From positions 1,027 through 65,026 of the forward strand of contig DXFL01000012.1 of NCBI GenBank assembly GCA_019114445.1: a stretch of 64,000 bases of DNA, read 5' to 3'. Positions 28,918 through 39,813 of this stretch are shown here, piece after piece. This DNA comes from Candidatus Barnesiella excrementigallinarum. Its GTDB lineage: Bacteria > Bacteroidota > Bacteroidia > Bacteroidales > Barnesiellaceae. Within the stretch, counting starts at the first letter, position 1; each line of letters begins with the position of its first letter. The position numbers were made by a program, and so were the translations under genes. The notes beneath the pieces were generated by a model. It ran no database searches and had not been told where the DNA came from. It saw only the letters and a list, made by a program, of their open reading frames with translations.

Positions 28918-31758
28918 ATGAAACTAAGAATGGTAAAATCGGGATTATTGCTTGCCTTCCTGACCTTGACCCAATGGGTTTCGGCTCAGCAAGCTCCTCA
29001 GATGGAAGCATTACCCATCGATCCCAACGTGCGTTACGGAGTACTTGACAACGGTCTCACCTACTATGTGCGCCACAACGAAACTCCCAAAAACCGGGCC
29101 GAGTTCCACATTGCCCAAAAAGTGGGCTCGATTCTTGAGAACGAAGACCAACGCGGATTGGCTCACTTCCTCGAACACATGGCTTTCAACGGCACCGAAC
29201 ATTTCCCCGGAAAAAGTATGTTGAACTATCTCGAAAATAACGGTATCAAATTCGGTGTAGACCTCAACGCCTATACCGGTTTCGACGAAACCGTATATCG
29301 CATTTCCAACGTACCCACGCAAAACCAAAATCTGGTAGACTCCTGTCTGCTCGTCCTCTACGATTGGGCTTGTGCCATTTCGTTGAACGATAAGGATATA
29401 GACGAGGAACGAGGCGTAATCCACGAAGAGTGGCGTACCCGTGCCGATGCCAACTGGCGTACTTGGGAGGCCACCGTTCCCGTCATGTTCGAAGGCAGCC
29501 AATATGCCAACCGTATGCCCATCGGTACAATGGAGGTGGTGATGAATTTCCCCTATCAGGTATTGCGCGACTACTACCACAAATGGTATCGCCCCGACCA
29601 ACAAGGTATTATTGTAATAGGTGATTTCGACGCCGATAAAATGGAGGCTCAGGTCAAGGAACTTTTCGGGAAAATAAAAATGCCCGAGAACGCCGCCGAA
29701 CGTATCTACTACACCGTGCCCGATAACAAAGAGCCCATCTTTGCTTTCCACAAAGACAAAGAGGCTCCTTACACCCGTGTAGACATCTACATGAAGCACG
29801 ATCCCATGCCCCGCGAAATGAAAGCAACCATTAACGGTGCCATTAACGACTACATGGGCGGGGTTGTCAGCATTATGTTCAACGACCGTATTACCGAAAT
29901 CACCCAAAAGCCCGATGCTCCTTTCATTGCCGGAGCCATTTTCGATGGCGACTTCTTTGTTTCCAAAACCAAAGATGCCTTTACCCTTATCGCCCTCGGT
30001 AAGGACAACGGTGCTATCGATGCCATCAAAGGTATCATGCGCGAGGCCGAGCGCATAGACCGCTACGGATTCACGGCCTCGGAATACGACCGCGCCCGGG
30101 CTACGCTGCTTGCCCGTTACGAAAATCTCTACAAAGAGCGCAACAACCGCAAGAGCATCGACTATGCCGAAGAGTTTATCAGCCACTTCATCGACGGTGG
30201 ATATATTCCCGGTATCGAAATGGAATACAACCTTATCAAACAAATGTCGCCGGCCATCACTGTCGACATGGTGAACCAATATATAAAGACGCTCATCAGC
30301 GAAGACAACATGGTCATCTCGCTTACCGGTCCCGACAAAGAGGGCGTGACCTACCCCAATAAAGAGCAAGTTCTCGCCGCCCTCAAAGAGGTGGAAGCCG
30401 AGGAGATCACTCCCTATGAGGACAAAGTTTCGAACGAACCGCTCATCTCGAATGAGCCCGCAGCCGGCAAAGTAACCAAGAGTGCAGCCGGTAAAAAATT
30501 CGGTACTACCGAATGGACCCTCTCCAACGGAGCCAAAGTGGTGCTCAAACCCACCGACTTCAAGAGCGACGAAATCACCATGTTGGCTGTGAGCAAAGGC
30601 GGATATTCGCTCTACGACACCAACGACCCGGCTTTGGCCGTCAACCTCAAATCGGTCAACGAAATCGTTGAACTGGGCGGTCTCGGTCAATTCAGCAAAA
30701 CCGACCTGATGAAGGTTTTGGCCGGTAAACAGGTATCGTCGAGCTTCACACTGAGCGAAGCACAAGAATCGGTATACGCCTCGTGTGCCACCAAAGACCT
30801 CGAAACGATGATGCAACTGGTATACCTTACCTTCACCGACATTCACCGCGACGACGAAGCCTTTGCCGCTTGGAAAGAACAATCGAAAGCTGCCCTTGTC
30901 AATTATGTCAACACACCGCAATACATTTTCAGCGACTCGCTCTCGGCTACGCTCTACGACCACAGCCCTATGCGCCGTCAACTGAAAGCCGAAGATATCG
31001 ACCAAATCAGCTACGACCGTATTCTCCAAATCGCCAAAGAGCGTACCGCCAATGCAGCCGACTATACCTTTATCTTCGTAGGTAGTTTCGATACCGATTC
31101 GCTCAAACCTTATGTAGAGAAATATATCGCTTCGCTCCCCGCCAATAAGAGCCGCGAAAAGGTGGGCAAACTGATCGAAACCCAAAAAGGCGTTGTGAAG
31201 AACTACTACAACCAACCCATGCAAACGGCCAAATCGACCGTCTATGCCATCTATTCGGGCGACCAAAAGTACGACCTGCGCAACGACCTTATGCTCAGTA
31301 TTCTCGACCAAGTAATGGACATCGTCTATACCGAGACTATCCGTGAAGAGGAAGGCGGGACCTATGGCGTAGGTACCATGTCCGACTTCTCGTCGCTCGA
31401 TAACTCGTGGATGTTCCTCTTCGGCTTCGACACCAATCCGCAAGACGAAAAACGCCTCACCGAACGCGCTCACGCCGAATTGATGAAAGTAGTGAACGAA
31501 GGACCTCGTGAAAAAGATTTCGCCAAAGTAAAAGAGTATATGCTCAAAAAACACGCTCAAAACCTGCGTGAGAACGCCTATTGGAGAGGTGTAATTTCTT
31601 CCTACGAGTTAGGCTACGGCGACAACAACACCAACTACGAAGAGGTACTCAACAACATTACCCTCGACGACATGAAGGCTTTCGCCAAGAAACTTTTCGA
31701 CGGCAAGAACCTCATCGAGGTGGTCATGACCGGCGTTGTCGAAGAAAAGGCTAAATAA
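28918..31758 (+). CDS. M16 family zinc metallopeptidase (PqqL-like)
   Basis: 'GLAHFLEHMAFNG' HxxEH, 'NAYT', 'ERGVIHEEWR'; signal peptide. Confidence 0.95.
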   Translation: MKLRMVKSGLLLAFLTLTQWVSAQQAPQMEALPIDPNVRYGVLDNGLTYYVRHNETPKNRAEFHIAQKVGSILENEDQRGLAHFLEHMAFNGTEHFPGKSMLNYLENNGIKFGVDLNAYTGFDETVYRISNVPTQNQNLVDSCLLVLYDWACAISLNDKDIDEERGVIHEEWRTRADANWRTWEATVPVMFEGSQYANRMPIGTMEVVMNFPYQVLRDYYHKWYRPDQQGIIVIGDFDADKMEAQVKELFGKIKMPENAAERIYYTVPDNKEPIFAFHKDKEAPYTRVDIYMKHDPMPREMKATINGAINDYMGGVVSIMFNDRITEITQKPDAPFIAGAIFDGDFFVSKTKDAFTLIALGKDNGAIDAIKGIMREAERIDRYGFTASEYDRARATLLARYENLYKERNNRKSIDYAEEFISHFIDGGYIPGIEMEYNLIKQMSPAITVDMVNQYIKTLISEDNMVISLTGPDKEGVTYPNKEQVLAALKEVEAEEITPYEDKVSNEPLISNEPAAGKVTKSAAGKKFGTTEWTLSNGAKVVLKPTDFKSDEITMLAVSKGGYSLYDTNDPALAVNLKSVNEIVELGGLGQFSKTDLMKVLAGKQVSSSFTLSEAQESVYASCATKDLETMMQLVYLTFTDIHRDDEAFAAWKEQSKAALVNYVNTPQYIFSDSLSATLYDHSPMRRQLKAEDIDQISYDRILQIAKERTANAADYTFIFVGSFDTDSLKPYVEKYIASLPANKSREKVGKLIETQKGVVKNYYNQPMQTAKSTVYAIYSGDQKYDLRNDLMLSILDQVMDIVYTETIREEEGGTYGVGTMSDFSSLDNSWMFLFGFDTNPQDEKRLTERAHAELMKVVNEGPREKDFAKVKEYMLKKHAQNLRENAYWRGVISSYELGYGDNNTNYEEVLNNITLDDMKAFAKKLFDGKNLIEVVMTGVVEEKAK

Positions 31759-31879
31759 CGGCTTTACCGTTTGGCAAGGCTCGTCCTTGCCGACAACACC
31801 CATAGCGGGAGGATGCTCGACGGTATCCTCCCGCTTCTGTTTTCAGACGAATCGCACACACCGCATCGCCTGAAAAAAA

Positions 31880-31916
31880 CGAGAGGCATTCCCCACTCAC
31901 AGGGAAATGCCTCTCG
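31880..31916. terminator. Hairpin between convergent genes
   Basis: CGAGAGGCATTCCC...GGGAAATGCCTCTCG preceded by an A run (T run on - strand). Confidence 0.65.
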
Positions 31917-31938
31917 CATATACCACAAAAATTAACTC

Positions 31939-32589
31939 TTACTTGAAACGCAATTCGCCGAAATATTCGGGACGGTGGAAATCGGGCTTCTCGACCGGAA
32001 TAGGTGACCAACTGAGGTAGTGCGGCAACGACGAACCGTCGGCACACTTGTAGAAGTTGGCCGATAACGCGGCGGGCAAATGATTGCCGTCGAGACCAAT
32101 CAACTCGAAGGGGATAGCGACCAACAATCCCCACGGGAAAAGCCCCTCCATCTCGCGGAAAGGTTTGCTGCCCACGGTCGAATAACGTTTTATCTTGGCC
32201 ATCTTCTCGGCCGGGAAATGCTCGGCATCGGCGCGGCAAGTCCGTCGAGCCGCCAAAGCTGCGCCAATACAATTAAACTCGAAATTGTAATAATACTTTT
32301 CGCCCGGTATCTGCACGAAAAACTCTACACAACTGTCCTGCCATACCGGCGAATTATCGGTACTGTTCAACGCCAACAAATAATTGCCCCGCACAAAATA
32401 GTCGATATAGAGACACTCTTTATCGTGTGCAATCGAAAAAGAGACAAGGGGTTTATAGGGGAACTCGTTAGGCCAGTTTACACAATCTATTCCCTGCCGC
32501 ACTCCCTCCGTCTCCAAAATCTCGGATACCTGCGGAAGCGGTTTATCGCTCAACCCGGCGATATAAGGTACTTCAACAACTTTTTTCAT
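31939..32589 (-). CDS. Carbohydrate-binding family 9-like protein
   Basis: 'WQDSCVEFF', 'YYNFEFNCIG', 'ANFYKCAD', 'PDFHRPEYFG'. Confidence 0.85.
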   Translation of the reverse strand: MKKVVEVPYIAGLSDKPLPQVSEILETEGVRQGIDCVNWPNEFPYKPLVSFSIAHDKECLYIDYFVRGNYLLALNSTDNSPVWQDSCVEFFVQIPGEKYYYNFEFNCIGAALAARRTCRADAEHFPAEKMAKIKRYSTVGSKPFREMEGLFPWGLLVAIPFELIGLDGNHLPAALSANFYKCADGSSLPHYLSWSPIPVEKPDFHRPEYFGELRFK

Positions 32590-32601
32590 GACATTTATAA
32601 T

Positions 32602-33246
32602 TTAGACGAAAAAATAATCTTTTACACCCCAAACGAATCCCACAATCGACATGATAATGATTATGATTCCTATCGCCCGATTGATGAACCAAATGCTGCG
32701 TACATTGAACCGCGAACGCACTTTGTTGATCACATAAGTAATGAAAAACCACCAGCCGACCGCACCCAACAATATCGAAAAATAACCAATGACGTGGTGA
32801 ATCAAATGCGCTTCGGGCAAGAAGAAATTGAACCGGGCAAACAGACCGATATAAAGGAATAAAATCAGCGGATTGGAAAAAGTAAGCAAAAATGCCGTGA
32901 TGAAATCTTGCGTATAGGAATTAATCGAGGAGTTGGCCTTGCGTATGTTCTTCGCCGGATTTTGCCGATAGAGATAGAGGCCGAATCCTACCAAAACAAA
33001 ACTACCCAATATCTGCAAGATATTTTGATTCGCCTCGATAAAATCGATGACAATCGACATACCCAAACCGGTGAGCAAGGCATAAATCAAATCGGACAGC
33101 GCCGCCCCCAATCCCGTTACAAAGCCCGACCACCGGCCTTTGTTCAACGTACGCTGAATACACAATATTCCTATCGGGCCCATCGGTGCCGATACCAATA
33201 TGCCAATGGAGAATCCTCGAAAAATTGTGTAGAGCGTTAAATCCAT
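32602..33246 (-). CDS. LysE family translocator
   Basis: 'SAPMGPIGILCIQRTL', 'GLGAALSD', 'LTFSNPL'. Confidence 0.9.
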   Translation of the reverse strand: MDLTLYTIFRGFSIGILVSAPMGPIGILCIQRTLNKGRWSGFVTGLGAALSDLIYALLTGLGMSIVIDFIEANQNILQILGSFVLVGFGLYLYRQNPAKNIRKANSSINSYTQDFITAFLLTFSNPLILFLYIGLFARFNFFLPEAHLIHHVIGYFSILLGAVGWWFFITYVINKVRSRFNVRSIWFINRAIGIIIIIMSIVGFVWGVKDYFFV

Positions 33247-33527
33247 AAATATATCCTATTCGCCCGAAAAACGGAAACGGGAATGCAAATATAGTACAAG
33301 CCGCGGGTAGAAACAAATTTATTTGACGATACCGAAGCTCCGGCTATCCTCGCATTTTACGCAAATATACAAGATAATGTTAAATAATTAGCATTTGTTT
33401 TGTCGATTTTTATTTGAGGGGAATATGGTTTTTATTTAATTTTGCAACGGAAACAAACCCACTTTCTTTGAACCGATTTTCACCCGGGAAAAAGAAAACC
33501 AATCAAGCCACTAAAAAACAAAAGATA

Positions 33528-36500
33528 ATGGTTATTCTTTTCAAAAACCCTGCTCAAAACATTATCGCAGTCGAGGCCGACCATACCTTTTCGGCCGAAG
33601 AAACCCAAAAATTATCATGGCTTTTCGACAATGCCGCTCTCCTGTCCGAATCGGTTTTGACCGGTTGGTTCATCGGTCCGCGCAAAGAGATGATTACCCC
33701 GTGGAGTACCAACGCCGTAGAGATTACCCAAAACATGGGGCTCACCGGCATTACCCGTATCGAAGAGTTTTTCCCGGTCGAAAATGAAAAAGCCGAGTAT
33801 GACAAAATGTTGCAACGGCTTTACAACGGTATCGACGGCAAGATTTTCAACATCGACAAGCAGCCCGACCCTATCGTCTACATCGATGACCTCGCTGCCT
33901 ATAACGAACAGGAGGGATTGGCCCTCAGCCCCGACGAAATAAACTACCTGAACGAACTGAGCCACAAGATAGGCCGCAAACTCACCGACAGCGAGGTATT
34001 CGGGTTCTCGCAGGTGAACTCGGAACACTGCCGCCACAAAATTTTCAACGGCGTGTTTATTATCGACGGCAAGGAAAAAGAGAGTTCGCTCTTCAAATTG
34101 ATTAAAAAAACTTCGGAATATAATCCCAACCGACTGGTATCGGCCTACAAGGACAATGTGGCTTTCAACGCCGGCCCGGTAGTCGAACAGTTTGCCCCGG
34201 TAAACCCGCAACAACCCGACTATTTCGAAATCAAAGATATTAAAACGGTCATCTCGCTCAAAGCCGAGACGCACAACTTCCCCACCACTGTCGAGCCATT
34301 CAACGGAGCGGCCACAGGAACGGGTGGCGAGATTCGCGACCGTTTGGGCGGAGGTCGTGCCAGCCTGCCAATTGCCGGCACCGCCGTGTATATGACCGCC
34401 TATCCCCGCACCGAAGAGGGCCGTGAATGGGAAGAGGGTGCCATGCAACCCCGCCCGTGGCTCTACCAAACGCCCGAACAGATATTAATTAAGGCGTCGA
34501 ACGGGGCATCGGACTTCGGTAACAAATTCGGGCAACCGCTCATCTGCGGTTCGCTCTTGACCTTCGAACACGAAGAGAACAACAAACAATTTGCCTTCGA
34601 CAAAGTAATCATGCTGGCCGGCGGTGTAGGATTCGCCAATATGCGCGATGCCCTCAAAGGCACACCCGAACCCGGCGAAAAAGTAGTCGTCATGGGTGGC
34701 GACAACTACCGCATAGGCATGGGTGGCGGTGCCGTTTCGTCGGTCGAGACGGGACAATATGCCAATGCCATCGAGCTGAACGCCGTACAACGGGCCAACC
34801 CCGAAATGCAAAAACGGGTATCGAACGTAATCCGGGCCATGTCGGAAGCCGACGAGAATCCCATCGTCTCGATCCACGACCACGGCGCAGGAGGCCACCT
34901 CAATGCACTCTCGGAACTGGTAGAAGAGACGGGCGGTGAAATCGAAATGGACAAACTCCCCGTGGGCGACCCCACCCTCTCGGCCAAAGAGATCGTGGGT
35001 AACGAAAGTCAGGAACGAATGGGTATCGTCATTCGCGAAGAGGAAATCGAACACATTCGCCAAATCGCCGACCGCGAACGGGCTCCATTCTACGTGGTGG
35101 GCGAAACCACCGGCGACCACCGCTTCGTATTCCGCCAAGCCGACGGTGTGAAACCCATAGACCTCGCGATGGACGATATGTTCGGGAAAGCGCCCCGCAC
35201 CGTTATGACCGACAAGACCATCGAAGAGAAATATAAAGATGTAACTTACAACCAATCGCAACTCGACGAATATGTAGAACGGGTTCTCCAACTCGAAGCC
35301 GTGGCTTGCAAAGACTGGCTCACCAACAAAGTGGACCGCTCGGTAACGGGTAAGATAGCCCGTCAGCAATGTCAAGGCGAGATACAACTGCCGTTGAGCG
35401 ACTGTGGCGTAGTGGCCCTCGACTATCGCGGCCGCGCCGGTATCGCCACCTCGATAGGTCACGCCCCGCAAGCCGCACTGGTCGATCCGGCCGCCGGCTC
35501 GGTACTCTCCATTGCCGAAGCCCTTACCAATATCGTGTGGGCTCCGCTCGCCGAGGGGCTCGACAGCGTATCGCTCAGCGCCAACTGGATGTGGCCCTGC
35601 AAAAACGAAGGCGAAGATGCCCGCCTCTACCGGGCCGTCGAGGCTTGCAGCGACTTTGCCTGCTCGCTGGGTATCAATATCCCCACCGGCAAAGACAGCC
35701 TCTCGATGACCCAAAAATATGGCAAAGAGAAAGTCTATTCGCCCGGCACGGTTATCATCTCGGCCGGAGCCGAAGTATCGGACATTCGCAAAGTGGTGTC
35801 GCCCGTGCTGCGTGCCGATGTCGATAACTCTGTGGTCTATTACATCGACTTCTCGTTCGACCGGCTGAAACTGGGCGGTTCGGCCTTTGCCCAATCGCTC
35901 AACAGGATAGGCAAAGAGGTTCCCACCGTACAAGACAGCGAATATTTTGCCGCAGCCTTCAACGCCGTGCAAGAGTTGGTGAACAAAGAGCTGATTTTGG
36001 CGGGGCACGACATTTCGGCCGGCGGTATGATTACCGCTTTGCTCGAAATGAACTTCGCCAATACCGAAGGTGGCCTCGACGTATCGCTCGACGAAATCCC
36101 CGAAAAAGACCTCATCAAGATACTGTTCAGCGAAAACCCGGGTGTCCTCATTCAAGTCGAGAAAACCGACGAGGCAGAAAAGATTTTGAAACGTGCCGGT
36201 ATAGCATTCATACGATTGGCCCGTCCCTGCGACGAACGCCACCTGCTCATTCACAAAGCGGGAGCCGACTACCAATTCTTCATCGACCACCTGCGCGACG
36301 TGTGGTTCGAATCGTCCTACCTGCTCGACCGCAAACAGAGCGGCGAGGAAGCTGCCCGGGCTCGTTTCCTCAACTACAAGGAACAACCGCTGCAATTTGC
36401 ATTCCCCGATAACTTCACAGGCAAGTTGGCCCAATACGGTATCTCGGCCGACCGCCGTACCCGCAGCGGTGTAAAAGCTGCCATTATCCGCGAGAAGGGC

Positions 36501-37226
36501 GTGAATGGCGACCGCGAAATGGCCTATTCGCTCTATTTGGCGGGATTCGACGTGAAAGACGTACACATGACCGACCTCATCAGCGGACGCGAAACCCTCG
36601 ACGACATCAACATGATTGTCTATTGCGGCGGGTTCTCCAACAGCGACGTACTCGGTTCGGCCAAAGGCTGGGCCGGAGGTTTCCTTTGGAACGAAAAGGC
36701 AAAAGCCACGCTCGACCGCTTTTACAGCCGTCCCGACACATTGAGCCTCGGTATCTGCAACGGTTGCCAACTTATGGTCGAGTTGGGATTGCTCACCCCC
36801 GATCACGAACAAAAACCCAAAATGCGGCATAACGACTCGCACAAATTCGAATCGCAATTCGTGGGATTGACCATACCGCAAAACAACTCGGTGATGTTCG
36901 GGTCACTGTCGGGCTCGAAACTGGGCATTTGGGTAGCCCACGGCGAAGGCAAATTCGAATTGCCTTACGAAAAAGAACGGTACAACGTTGTAGCTCAATA
37001 CACCTACGACGCTTATCCGGCCAATCCCAACGGTTCACCCTTCGGCATTGCCGGTATCGCCTCGGCCGACGGACGCCACTTGGCCATGATGCCACACCTC
37101 GAACGGGCCATCTTCCCCTGGCAATGCGGGCACTACCCCGTCGACCGGAAGAACGACGAAATAACCCCGTGGATCGAGGCTTTTGTCAACGCCCGCAAGT
37201 GGGTAGAACAACACACCACCAAATAA
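33528..37226 (+). CDS. purL: Phosphoribosylformylglycinamidine synthase (large form)
   Basis: 'NSEHCRHKIFN', 'KAETHNFPT', 'IHDHGAGG', 'NESQERM', 'GICNGCQ'; ATG 33528, -7 box TAATTTTG at 33437. Confidence 0.97.
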   Translation: MVILFKNPAQNIIAVEADHTFSAEETQKLSWLFDNAALLSESVLTGWFIGPRKEMITPWSTNAVEITQNMGLTGITRIEEFFPVENEKAEYDKMLQRLYNGIDGKIFNIDKQPDPIVYIDDLAAYNEQEGLALSPDEINYLNELSHKIGRKLTDSEVFGFSQVNSEHCRHKIFNGVFIIDGKEKESSLFKLIKKTSEYNPNRLVSAYKDNVAFNAGPVVEQFAPVNPQQPDYFEIKDIKTVISLKAETHNFPTTVEPFNGAATGTGGEIRDRLGGGRASLPIAGTAVYMTAYPRTEEGREWEEGAMQPRPWLYQTPEQILIKASNGASDFGNKFGQPLICGSLLTFEHEENNKQFAFDKVIMLAGGVGFANMRDALKGTPEPGEKVVVMGGDNYRIGMGGGAVSSVETGQYANAIELNAVQRANPEMQKRVSNVIRAMSEADENPIVSIHDHGAGGHLNALSELVEETGGEIEMDKLPVGDPTLSAKEIVGNESQERMGIVIREEEIEHIRQIADRERAPFYVVGETTGDHRFVFRQADGVKPIDLAMDDMFGKAPRTVMTDKTIEEKYKDVTYNQSQLDEYVERVLQLEAVACKDWLTNKVDRSVTGKIARQQCQGEIQLPLSDCGVVALDYRGRAGIATSIGHAPQAALVDPAAGSVLSIAEALTNIVWAPLAEGLDSVSLSANWMWPCKNEGEDARLYRAVEACSDFACSLGINIPTGKDSLSMTQKYGKEKVYSPGTVIISAGAEVSDIRKVVSPVLRADVDNSVVYYIDFSFDRLKLGGSAFAQSLNRIGKEVPTVQDSEYFAAAFNAVQELVNKELILAGHDISAGGMITALLEMNFANTEGGLDVSLDEIPEKDLIKILFSENPGVLIQVEKTDEAEKILKRAGIAFIRLARPCDERHLLIHKAGADYQFFIDHLRDVWFESSYLLDRKQSGEEAARARFLNYKEQPLQFAFPDNFTGKLAQYGISADRRTRSGVKAAIIREKGVNGDREMAYSLYLAGFDVKDVHMTDLISGRETLDDINMIVYCGGFSNSDVLGSAKGWAGGFLWNEKAKATLDRFYSRPDTLSLGICNGCQLMVELGLLTPDHEQKPKMRHNDSHKFESQFVGLTIPQNNSVMFGSLSGSKLGIWVAHGEGKFELPYEKERYNVVAQYTYDAYPANPNGSPFGIAGIASADGRHLAMMPHLERAIFPWQCGHYPVDRKNDEITPWIEAFVNARKWVEQHTTK

Positions 37227-37311
37227 AATGTACATTCCGCAGAGCGGGAGGGCACCGTGTCCCTCTCGCTCTGCTCATTTAATCAAACACAATAACCATT
37301 ACCACAACACT

Positions 37312-38715
37312 ATGGGAGGATTTTTTGGTACCATAAAAAAAGAGTCTTGCGTGACCGATCTTTTTTACGGCGTCGATTACAACTCGCACTTAGGCACGAA
37401 GCGAGCCGGTATTGTCACCTACGAAAACGGAGTTTTCAAACGAGCGATCCACAATATCGAGAACTCTTATTTCCGCTCGAAGTTCGAAGCCGAACTGCCC
37501 GAATTTTCAGGGAAATCGGGTATCGGAGTTATCAGCGACACCGACGCCCAGCCTATCATCATCAGTTGTCATTTGGGGAAATTCGCCATTGTCACCGTCG
37601 CCAAAATCAACAACGTCGAAGAACTCGAAAAAGAGTTGCTGGCAAGCGGAAACCATTTCAGCGAGCACAGCAACAACATCATCAACCAATCGGAACTGGT
37701 CTCGATGATCATCAGTCAAGGAAAAGACTATGTCGACGGCATACGGCTGGTACAGGAAAAGATAAAAGGCTCTTGCTCCATGCTGTTGCTTACCGAACAG
37801 GGCATTATCGCCGCCCGCGATAAATACGGGCGCTCCCCTATCCTCATAGGGAAAGGCGAAAACGGTTATGCCATATCGTCCGAAACTTGCAGCTTTCCCA
37901 ACCTCGGATATGAACTTTGCTACGATATTCGTCCCGGAGAAATCGTCCGGCTCACCGCCGACGGTTACGAATCGCTCAACCAACCCAGTAAAAAAATGCA
38001 AATATGCGCTTTCCTATGGGTGTACTACGGCTATCCGGCTTGCGAATACGAAGGGCGAAATGTCGAAGAGGTGCGGTTCCATTCGGGCTACGAAATGGGG
38101 AAAAACGACGACATCGAAGCCGATTTCGTATCGGGTATCCCCGATTCGGGTGTAGGTATGGCTTTGGGCTATGCCGTAGGCAAACAAATTCCCTACCGCC
38201 GCGGTATCGTCAAATACACCCCCACATGGCCCCGCAGCTTTACCCCTTCGAACCAAGCCATGCGCGAACTCGTGGCCAAAATGAAACTTATCCCCAACAA
38301 AACCATGCTCGACGGCAAGAAGGTGGTGTTCTGCGACGACTCCATCGTGCGGGGAACCCAGTTGCGCGACAACGTATCGGATCTATACCGATACGGAGCC
38401 AAAGAGGTTCATATGCGTATCAGTTGCCCGCCCCTGCTCTATCCCTGCCGATTCCTCAACTTCACGGCATCGAAAAGCGAAATGGAATTGATTACCCGGC
38501 GTACCATTGCCGAACTCGAAGGCGATCCCGACAAGAATGTCGAAGCCTATGCCCGCACCGGCTCGCCCCAATACAACTGCATGGTAAACTGTATCTGCAA
38601 GAAACTGAAAATCACCTCGCTCAAATTCAACCCGTTGGAGACGCTGGTCGAGTCGATAGGTCTCCCCAAAGAGTGTATCTGCACACACTGTTTCGACGGT
38701 AGCAGCTACGAATAG
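37312..38715 (+). CDS. purF: Amidophosphoribosyltransferase (lacks N-terminal Cys)
   Basis: 'AARDKYG', 'GIPDSG', PRPP loop 'VFCDDSIVRGT', 'HMRISCPP', 'CTHCFDG'. Confidence 0.9.
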   Translation: MGGFFGTIKKESCVTDLFYGVDYNSHLGTKRAGIVTYENGVFKRAIHNIENSYFRSKFEAELPEFSGKSGIGVISDTDAQPIIISCHLGKFAIVTVAKINNVEELEKELLASGNHFSEHSNNIINQSELVSMIISQGKDYVDGIRLVQEKIKGSCSMLLLTEQGIIAARDKYGRSPILIGKGENGYAISSETCSFPNLGYELCYDIRPGEIVRLTADGYESLNQPSKKMQICAFLWVYYGYPACEYEGRNVEEVRFHSGYEMGKNDDIEADFVSGIPDSGVGMALGYAVGKQIPYRRGIVKYTPTWPRSFTPSNQAMRELVAKMKLIPNKTMLDGKKVVFCDDSIVRGTQLRDNVSDLYRYGAKEVHMRISCPPLLYPCRFLNFTASKSEMELITRRTIAELEGDPDKNVEAYARTGSPQYNCMVNCICKKLKITSLKFNPLETLVESIGLPKECICTHCFDGSSYE

Positions 38716-38741
38716 CCAACGGCTTGCCGAGAAAGATACGG

Positions 38742-38799
38742 AAAAACCTTTGTGCCACCGGGCTCTACCAGCCCACAGAACGGTGGTACAAAGGTTTTT
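38742..38799 (+). terminator. Terminator after purF
   Basis: AAAAACCTTTGTGCCACCG...CGGTGGTACAAAGGTTTTT long stem. Confidence 0.7.
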
Positions 38800-38906
38800 C
38801 GGCTAAAAGATTGATAATAACAATCATTTTTTTTACTTTTGCAAGTCAATGAATCGACACAAAAAACATAAGAATATTTATTAAATTATAAATCTCACAT
38901 TAAATT

Positions 38907-39779
38907 ATGAGTCTTAAAATCGTAGTATTGGCCAAACAAGTGCCCGATACCAGAAATGTGGGGAAAGATGCCATGAAAGAGGACGGGACGATCAACCGCG
39001 CCGCCTTGCCCGCTATCTTCAACCCCGAAGATTTGAATGCCTTGGAACAAGCGCTGCAATTGAAAGAACAGAATCCGGGTTCGACCATCACCCTGCTGAC
39101 GATGGGTCCTCCCCGCGCCGCCGAGATTATCCGCGAAGGGCTCTTCCGTGGAGCCGACGGTGGTATCGTGCTCACCGACCGTGCTTTCGCCGGAGCCGAC
39201 ACGCTGGCTACCTCATACGCCTTGTCGTGTGCCGTACGCAAAATTAAAGAATACGACATCATCTTGGGCGGTCGCCAAGCCATCGACGGCGATACGGCAC
39301 AAGTAGGCCCGCAAATCGCCGAAAAACTGGGAATTCCCCAAGTAACCTACGCCGAACAGATTCTTAAAATCGAGAACGGCAAAGCTACCGTAAAACGCCG
39401 TCTCGAACGCGGTGTGGAAACTGTGGTAGTGCCCCTGCCCGCCGTAATCACCGTCAACGGTTCGGCCGACGAATGCCGTCCCCGCAACGCCAAACTCATA
39501 CAACGTTACAAATACGCCAAAACTCCGAGCGAAAAACAGGGCCTCAGCGAAGAGTGCCTCAAACTCTACGAAGAGCGTCCGGCTCTGAACCTCTATGAAT
39601 GGAGCGTAAACGATGTGGATGCCGACCTCAACCAAGTAGGTCTCGCCGGTTCGCCCACGAAGGTGAAAGCCGTACAAAACGTGGTATTCCAAGCCAAAGA
39701 AAGCAAACAGCTCACGGCAGCCGACAACGAAATCGAAGAGCTCGTAAAAGAGTTGATCGCCAACCACACTATTGGTTAA
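38907..39779 (+). CDS. etfB: Electron transfer flavoprotein beta subunit
   Basis: 'KQVPDT', 'NPEDLNALE', 'GADTLATS', 'QAIDGDTAQVGP'. Confidence 0.96.
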   Translation: MSLKIVVLAKQVPDTRNVGKDAMKEDGTINRAALPAIFNPEDLNALEQALQLKEQNPGSTITLLTMGPPRAAEIIREGLFRGADGGIVLTDRAFAGADTLATSYALSCAVRKIKEYDIILGGRQAIDGDTAQVGPQIAEKLGIPQVTYAEQILKIENGKATVKRRLERGVETVVVPLPAVITVNGSADECRPRNAKLIQRYKYAKTPSEKQGLSEECLKLYEERPALNLYEWSVNDVDADLNQVGLAGSPTKVKAVQNVVFQAKESKQLTAADNEIEELVKELIANHTIG

Positions 39780-39813
39780 TGACCGTGTACCATGAACTAA
39801 AAAACTAACGATT

